A stretch of 64,000 bases of DNA, taken from Planktothrix sp. GU0601_MAG3. Lineage in GTDB: Bacteria > Cyanobacteriota > Cyanobacteriia > Cyanobacteriales > Microcoleaceae. Within the stretch, counting starts at the first letter, position 1; every line of letters starts with the position of its first letter. The stretch lies in assembly GCA_035193785.1 (NCBI GenBank), contig CP136572.1:2292578-2356577 (forward strand). Reading direction: 5' to 3'. The translations under genes and the position numbers were made by a program. Below the pieces are notes generated by a model. The model did not search any database. It was not told the origin of the DNA and was given only the letters and a program-made list of their open reading frames with translations. Below, in pieces: positions 59,109 to 64,000 of the stretch.

Positions 59109-59400
59109 TGTAGGGGCAGGTTCTGAGTTAATCTTTAATTCTCAGCAATAATGTTGCTAAACCCGCCCCTCTTAAATGTGATCGCATTTTACTATTAACC
59201 TGTATTCAAACAATAAAATTGATTACAGGTTAAGAAATGCGATCGCCTGGGAATAGAGGGCGGGTTTAGGGAGATAATTACTCATAATTAAAGATCATCT
59301 CGGAACCTGCCCCTATGGTTGAATTGTTAATTATTTATCAAATGCGATCGCATTCTTCTAACAACAAAACCTAGGGGCGAGTTCCGCGAGAATATTCAAT
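59109..59400. repeat. Tandem REP-like inverted repeats (TAGGGGCxGGTT...AACCxGCCCCT) interleaved with HIP1 sites
   Basis: Two complete pairs and one partial pair are visible. Confidence 0.75.
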
Positions 59401-59484
59401 TCTCACCAATAATCTTGCTAAACTAACCTATCTCGCCCATCTTAAAGGCGATGACTTATATTAATATTTTACGAGAAAAACACC

Positions 59485-59742
59485 ATGCCAGATGCTCTAA
59501 TGTACAATGAGGATACCTTTATGGTGTTAGAAACCAATGAACCGGAACAGTTTATGAATGTTGCGGAACTCTTGGAGAAACTCAAATCCGTTTTGTCTGA
59601 CCATCAAGACAATTTACCCCAGGATTTACAACGCTTTAACACTCTTGATACCCAAGCCCAATATCTCTTAAATACAGGTTGCGATCTCAACCTAAGTCCG
59701 GGTCAATATTTACAGTGGTATGCTGTTAGATTAGAGAAATAG
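59485..59742 (+). CDS. Chlororespiratory reduction 7 (CRR7)-family protein
   Basis: MPDALMY..D.FMVLE...PEQF...LQWYAVRLEK family pattern. Confidence 0.85.
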   Translation: MPDALMYNEDTFMVLETNEPEQFMNVAELLEKLKSVLSDHQDNLPQDLQRFNTLDTQAQYLLNTGCDLNLSPGQYLQWYAVRLEK

Positions 59743-59747
59743 GGTGA

Positions 59748-59799
59748 ACTGTTACGGATTTATCAGCTATTATTTTTAGCTGTTTAAATCCGTAGCAAC
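59748..59799. terminator. Long hairpin between the convergent CRR7-family and glgA genes
   Basis: TACGGATTTATCAGCTA...TAGCTGTTTAAATCCGTA near-perfect inverted repeat. Confidence 0.6.
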
Positions 59800-59803
59800 T
59801 CAA

Positions 59804-61280
59804 TTACTTATGTCTAATGAATTCGTAAATGGCTAAATAATCAGTTCCAGGTTGGTTCCAAGAATAGTCATAATTCATGCCTTGAATTCTCAATTTTTCA
59901 AATTCATCGGGATAGTAATTATACAATCCAATAGCTCGATCCATGGCGGATTCTAGGGCTTGATCATCGGTGTAGTTAAAAACATAACCATTGCGTTCTT
60001 CTGGTTTGTGATATTCGTCATAATCCCGATCAAAAACCGTATTAACTAACCCGCCCACAGCCCGAACAACTGGAACCGCACCATATCTTAACCCAATCAT
60101 TTGAGTTAACCCGCAGGGTTCATAATTACTCGGAACCACAATAATATCAGCCGCTGCATAAATCAAATGGGATAATTCCTCATTAAACCCAAGTTCTAAA
60201 TGACAATCGGGGTTATTATTTAAAAAGTTCTTTTCATGCCAAAACCAAGAATTAATACTGGGTTCCGTTGCCGATCCTAATAACACAAATTGGGCTTGTC
60301 GATGCAGGGCATAATAAATAGCATGATGAACCAGATGCACGCCTTTTTGATCATCTAAACGACCAATATAACAAATCAGAGGTTTATCATCATGACTTAA
60401 CCACAATCTTTCCCGTAGAGCTTTTTTATTCTTTTCCTTTCCTGTTAAATCTTCGGAAACTATAGGGGTAGGGAATAAATGGATCAATTTCAGGATTCCA
60501 AACCGCATAATCAATCCCGTTTAATATTCCACCAAATTTATGTTGATGCAGTTCTAAGGTATGTCCTAAACCATAGCCAAATTCTCCATAATGGGCTTCC
60601 CAGGCATGGTTAGGAGATACGGTTGTGACAAAGTTAGAGTAGACAATTCCTCCCTTCATAGAATTTAATCCAAAGGGGTTGAAATTATCCCGCAAACGGT
60701 CATATTCAAAATAGTAGGATTCTCGGTTTAATCCCGTTGCCCAAAGGATATTTGTCCCCGCGATTCCTTGATGTTTGAAGTTGTGGATAGTATAACAAAC
60801 TCGTATATTTTCCATGCCGTGATATTTGTACATTTCATACAACATCACAGGCAATAAACCAGTTTGCCAATCATGGCAATGGAGAATATCGGGACGCTTA
60901 TCAGTTCTGAGCAAAAATTCCAGGGCAGCTTTACTAAAAAAGGCAAAGCGTAAATGGTCGTCTACACAACCATAATAGCAACCTCGGTTGAAGAAATTAT
61001 CTTCGGAGTGAGGTTCAATAAAAAAGCATAACCGCCCATGAACCCAACCACAAAAAACCGTGCAGCGTATGGCGCCATCAAACCAGGGAACATAGAGATC
61101 TTGATAGGCTTCATGAAGTCCCCAAATTTGGTCATACCTCATGCAGTCGTACTTGGGCAAAATAATTTCAATGGTATGACCCCGTAGTTCTAACTCCCTA
61201 CTGAGTCCGTACACAACATCGCCTAAGCCTCCCGCTTTGATGACTGGGGCGCATTCAGAGGCAATTTGTACGATGTACAT
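59804..61280 (-). CDS. glgA: Glycogen synthase (+1 break at 60456)
   Basis: KAGGLGDV, HCHDWQT and EPCGLTQM motifs. The repaired junction reads PYSSEDLTGKE. Confidence 0.96.
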
Positions 61281-61473
61281 CCTGTTTCCTCACTCCAAAC
61301 CGTGATGTTTTGTCTTCCCCATAGTAATCATGTTGGCTACAATAGTAAAGTCCTAAAGTATGATTTTTTTTGCGGGTTGAATCAATTTTCAGCAGAATTG
61401 CCGGGTTTAGTTGGGGAACTGATTCAGTTTGACTTCCTGTTTTTGATGATTAAATTATAGTTTCAACCTAATT

Positions 61474-62685
61474 TCATGGATTAGCAAAGGTATTAATTTC
61501 CCCCCCGCCAATATAACGACCTGGAACCTGGTTAGGAACGGAAAAATTGGGTTGGGGTTGACCGATTTGACCCTGTTGTATATTGGGATTCATATTACTG
61601 GGGGTCATGTAGTTATTCGGTTGAACAGGTTGAACGGTGCTGTTAATATTCGTGTTAGGTGTAACTGAATAGGAGGGAACGGTATTATTTAAAGGTAAGG
61701 AATTGAAGTTGGCATACCCAGAATTGGGGACGCTTCCAGGCGTAACCGTTGGCATATTAGGAACCGCCGGAGGCAGGGTGACGTTTGTTTGATAGGGATT
61801 AATCACAGGCAGGGGAACCGTACCAACAGCCGGATTAGGATTGTTTCTAGGAACACTCCAACTGGGTTGAGTAACCTGTCCTGTAAGGGTTGGGGTTCCA
61901 GTAAAAGGTGTAACACCAACTGCTGTTCCGAGGCTGGGATCTAAGGCGGAATTAGAATTAGTGAGATTATTTAGAGGGTTATTGGCGGAATTTGTATCGT
62001 TGATTAGTGAGTTTTTTGAAGCCTCAGTTGTTTCAGAGGGTGTAGCCGAATCCGTGTTTTCTGTTTCCTGGGTTTGCAGATAGTTCTGCATAGCTTGTTG
62101 TAGGGGAGTTTTTGCCGTTTCAGGATCTGTGGTTTCCGTTGCCGGGGAGCCTAAACCCTTGAGACCCAAGTTAGAACCAGCAGTAGCAGAGTTAGGAGAA
62201 TTTTCAGAAACCGGATTGGAAAGATTGGAGGCTTTTGGAGAATTTTCCGCTACGGGAGGTTGATTTGTGGAATTGGATGGGGGAAATAAACTATCTAATA
62301 AAGGATTAGACCGAGAACTCGGTTCGGGTTTTTTATCTGTATTTTGAGTTTGTTTAAGTAAATCTTTGTTTACCTCACTATTAGAATTTAAAGGTGAAAC
62401 AAAGGAATTATTACTCCCTAATGCCTCTAGTAAAACTTTAGAGTTATCAATATCCGCAGCAATTGATTGTTGTTCCGGGGTGAGTTGACTCGCGGAGTTG
62501 CCAGGATTTAGGGTGGATTCTCCTTCTAAACTAAACCATTCGGGGTTTTCAGAAAATTGCCAAAAGAAAATCCCCACCACTGCCAGAACGCTGACAGAAC
62601 CCCAAATACGAGGTTGGAGGAGAAACCGCAATTCCTCCCCTACGGCACGAATAGATTCAGGAATTCGGTGTGACATAACTGACAA
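61474..62685 (-). CDS. Hypothetical membrane-anchored Asn/Pro/Ser/Thr-rich protein
   Basis: N-terminal transmembrane segment, AADIDNS motif and C-terminal PGRYIGGGEINTFANP. Confidence 0.8.
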   Translation of the reverse strand: MSVMSHRIPESIRAVGEELRFLLQPRIWGSVSVLAVVGIFFWQFSENPEWFSLEGESTLNPGNSASQLTPEQQSIAADIDNSKVLLEALGSNNSFVSPLNSNSEVNKDLLKQTQNTDKKPEPSSRSNPLLDSLFPPSNSTNQPPVAENSPKASNLSNPVSENSPNSATAGSNLGLKGLGSPATETTDPETAKTPLQQAMQNYLQTQETENTDSATPSETTEASKNSLINDTNSANNPLNNLTNSNSALDPSLGTAVGVTPFTGTPTLTGQVTQPSWSVPRNNPNPAVGTVPLPVINPYQTNVTLPPAVPNMPTVTPGSVPNSGYANFNSLPLNNTVPSYSVTPNTNINSTVQPVQPNNYMTPSNMNPNIQQGQIGQPQPNFSVPNQVPGRYIGGGEINTFANP

Positions 62686-62843
62686 ACAGCCGATCGCTGG
62701 CTTGAAAGGAACAGGGGTAGGTAGTCGAGTAATTCAGATAACAAATGCTGGGTTTTGTACCCCAACCACTAAGGAACAAAACCCCCTATGATTATTATAG
62801 CCTGTAAATTCAATGTCGAAATCCATCTTGTGAGGCTATCCTA

Positions 62844-63065
62844 GTGGAAAAAAATATAGAAATTTTAGCGAATCGAGAGGAACTAATTGATCGAGCTTTA
62901 GAAATCCTTCTGGCTAAAATCACAGAAGCAATTGAAACTCGAAATCAATTTACAATTGCTTTAGCCGGAGGAAGTACCCCCAAACCCTTATATGAAGCCC
63001 TAGCCAAACAATCTTTACCTTGGGATAAAATTCATGTCTTTTGGGGAGATGAACGCTATGTGGAG
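62844..63065 (+). CDS. pgl: 6-phosphogluconolactonase, 5' exon (interrupted by a group II intron)
   Basis: IALAGGSTPKPLY and WDKIHVFWGDERYV motifs. Homology stops exactly at the intron GTGCG. Confidence 0.92.
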
Positions 63066-64000
63066 GTGCGATTCGTTTAACCTAAAATAAGCTAAAAAGC
63101 TTATGGGACGGTTAACCCAGTTAATAAAACTGGTGATAACTGATTACATTTATGGGTGAAATTCCGTGAATTAAGTCCCATCCCTCAAGTGCTGAGGTGA
63201 AAGCATAACCCCTAGTTTGCTTGAGTAGCAACCAACAGGCTAAAGCGGGGTTAAAAGGTAGAACTACTGGTAGCCAAACCTGGTAACTACTGAGTCAGAA
63301 GTCCATGCGTAGCGCAAGCAAAGATGTGTCTGAACCATCGTTAAGTGTAATGGTGTAACGGCTGAATCAGAATAAAACCGTTGAAAATACGGTAAAGACT
63401 GACTAACACCAAGCCAAAAGGCAAGGATAGGGCATAAGCGGTTCTCTACCCGACTTATAAGCACCGCCCAATAAACCCGGTGGAGAGCATCACGCTAAAG
63501 ACTTCAAACAAATGTGTAATCGGAACGAAGTAACCCCTATATATCTCTGGAGAGGTCGAAAATCCAGTAAGTAGCTAACGAACGATATATAGGGAAAGGA
63601 TGGTGTCAAAAGCGAATGCCCTTGGTAATGCAAGGGATATGCTGACAGACGCTCGGTAATTCCAAAGAAATAGAACAAGTAGCAATATATATGTCTAAAA
63701 CGCTGAATAAAAATCAGACGGTGGAATGGAGCGAAATCAATTGGCGCAAAGCTGAAAGATTGACGTTCAAGTTGCAAAAGCGGATATTTCGAGCGAGTGA
63801 AACGAGGCGATGTGAAAGCAGTTCGTAAACTTCAAAAGACCCTGATTAATTCCTGGAGTGCCAAATGTATTGCGGTTCGTCGGGTAACACAAGATAACCA
63901 AGGCAAAAAGACGGCGGGAGTGGACGGGGTTAAATCCCTGACCCCGAAGCAACGTATAAACTTGGTAGGCAAGTTAAAGTTAACCAATAAGGCAAAACCA
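63066..64000 (+). mobile_element. Group II intron, 5' part (runs off the window)
   Basis: Starts with GTGCG. About 625 nt of noncoding sequence precede the RT ORF. A stem-loop containing CTCTAC (63444-63449) is complementary to the exon end GTGGAG. Confidence 0.93.
63691..64000 (+). CDS. ltrA: Group II intron reverse transcriptase/maturase, N-terminus (+1 break at GAAAC 63799)
   Basis: WSEINWRKAERLTFKLQKRIFRASERGDVKAVRKLQKTL...AVRRVTQDNQGKKTAGVDG (RVT_N and RT0). Confidence 0.93.

Noticed and set aside
63264..63952. Minus-strand ORFs in the track
   Set aside because: They are antisense to the group II intron RNA and its RT ORF.

Overview
Chromosomal window from a filamentous cyanobacterium. 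The Oscillatoriales/Planktothrix-like assignment is an inference from abundant HIP1 GCGATCGC sites, 7- and 9-mer tandem repeats and gene content. Most genes are housekeeping: dnaK-grpE, pilB-pilT-pilC, murE, queG, hemB, pta, fmt, rsmE, sir, glgA, pgl. Accessory items are three IS200/IS605-family tnpB elements, a group II intron inserted in pgl, tRNA-Val(CAC) followed by an AT-rich GUN4-like/HNH nuclease gene, a dynamin-KGK-unknown-HNH cluster, a vWA+PP2C pair, two partner-switching modules, an NB-ARC protein lacking its sensor repeats, and a large Calx-beta/VWD/FG-GAP surface protein. The strongest window-wide pattern is that 26 reading-frame breaks in otherwise intact genes all sit at GAAAC/GTTTC and are each repaired by removing one base to give GAAC/GTTC. 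This is best read as a motif-specific sequencing or assembly error. GAAC/GTTC is the classic Dnd phosphorothioation motif, so the errors may map a DNA modification. Split ORFs are therefore reported as merged genes.
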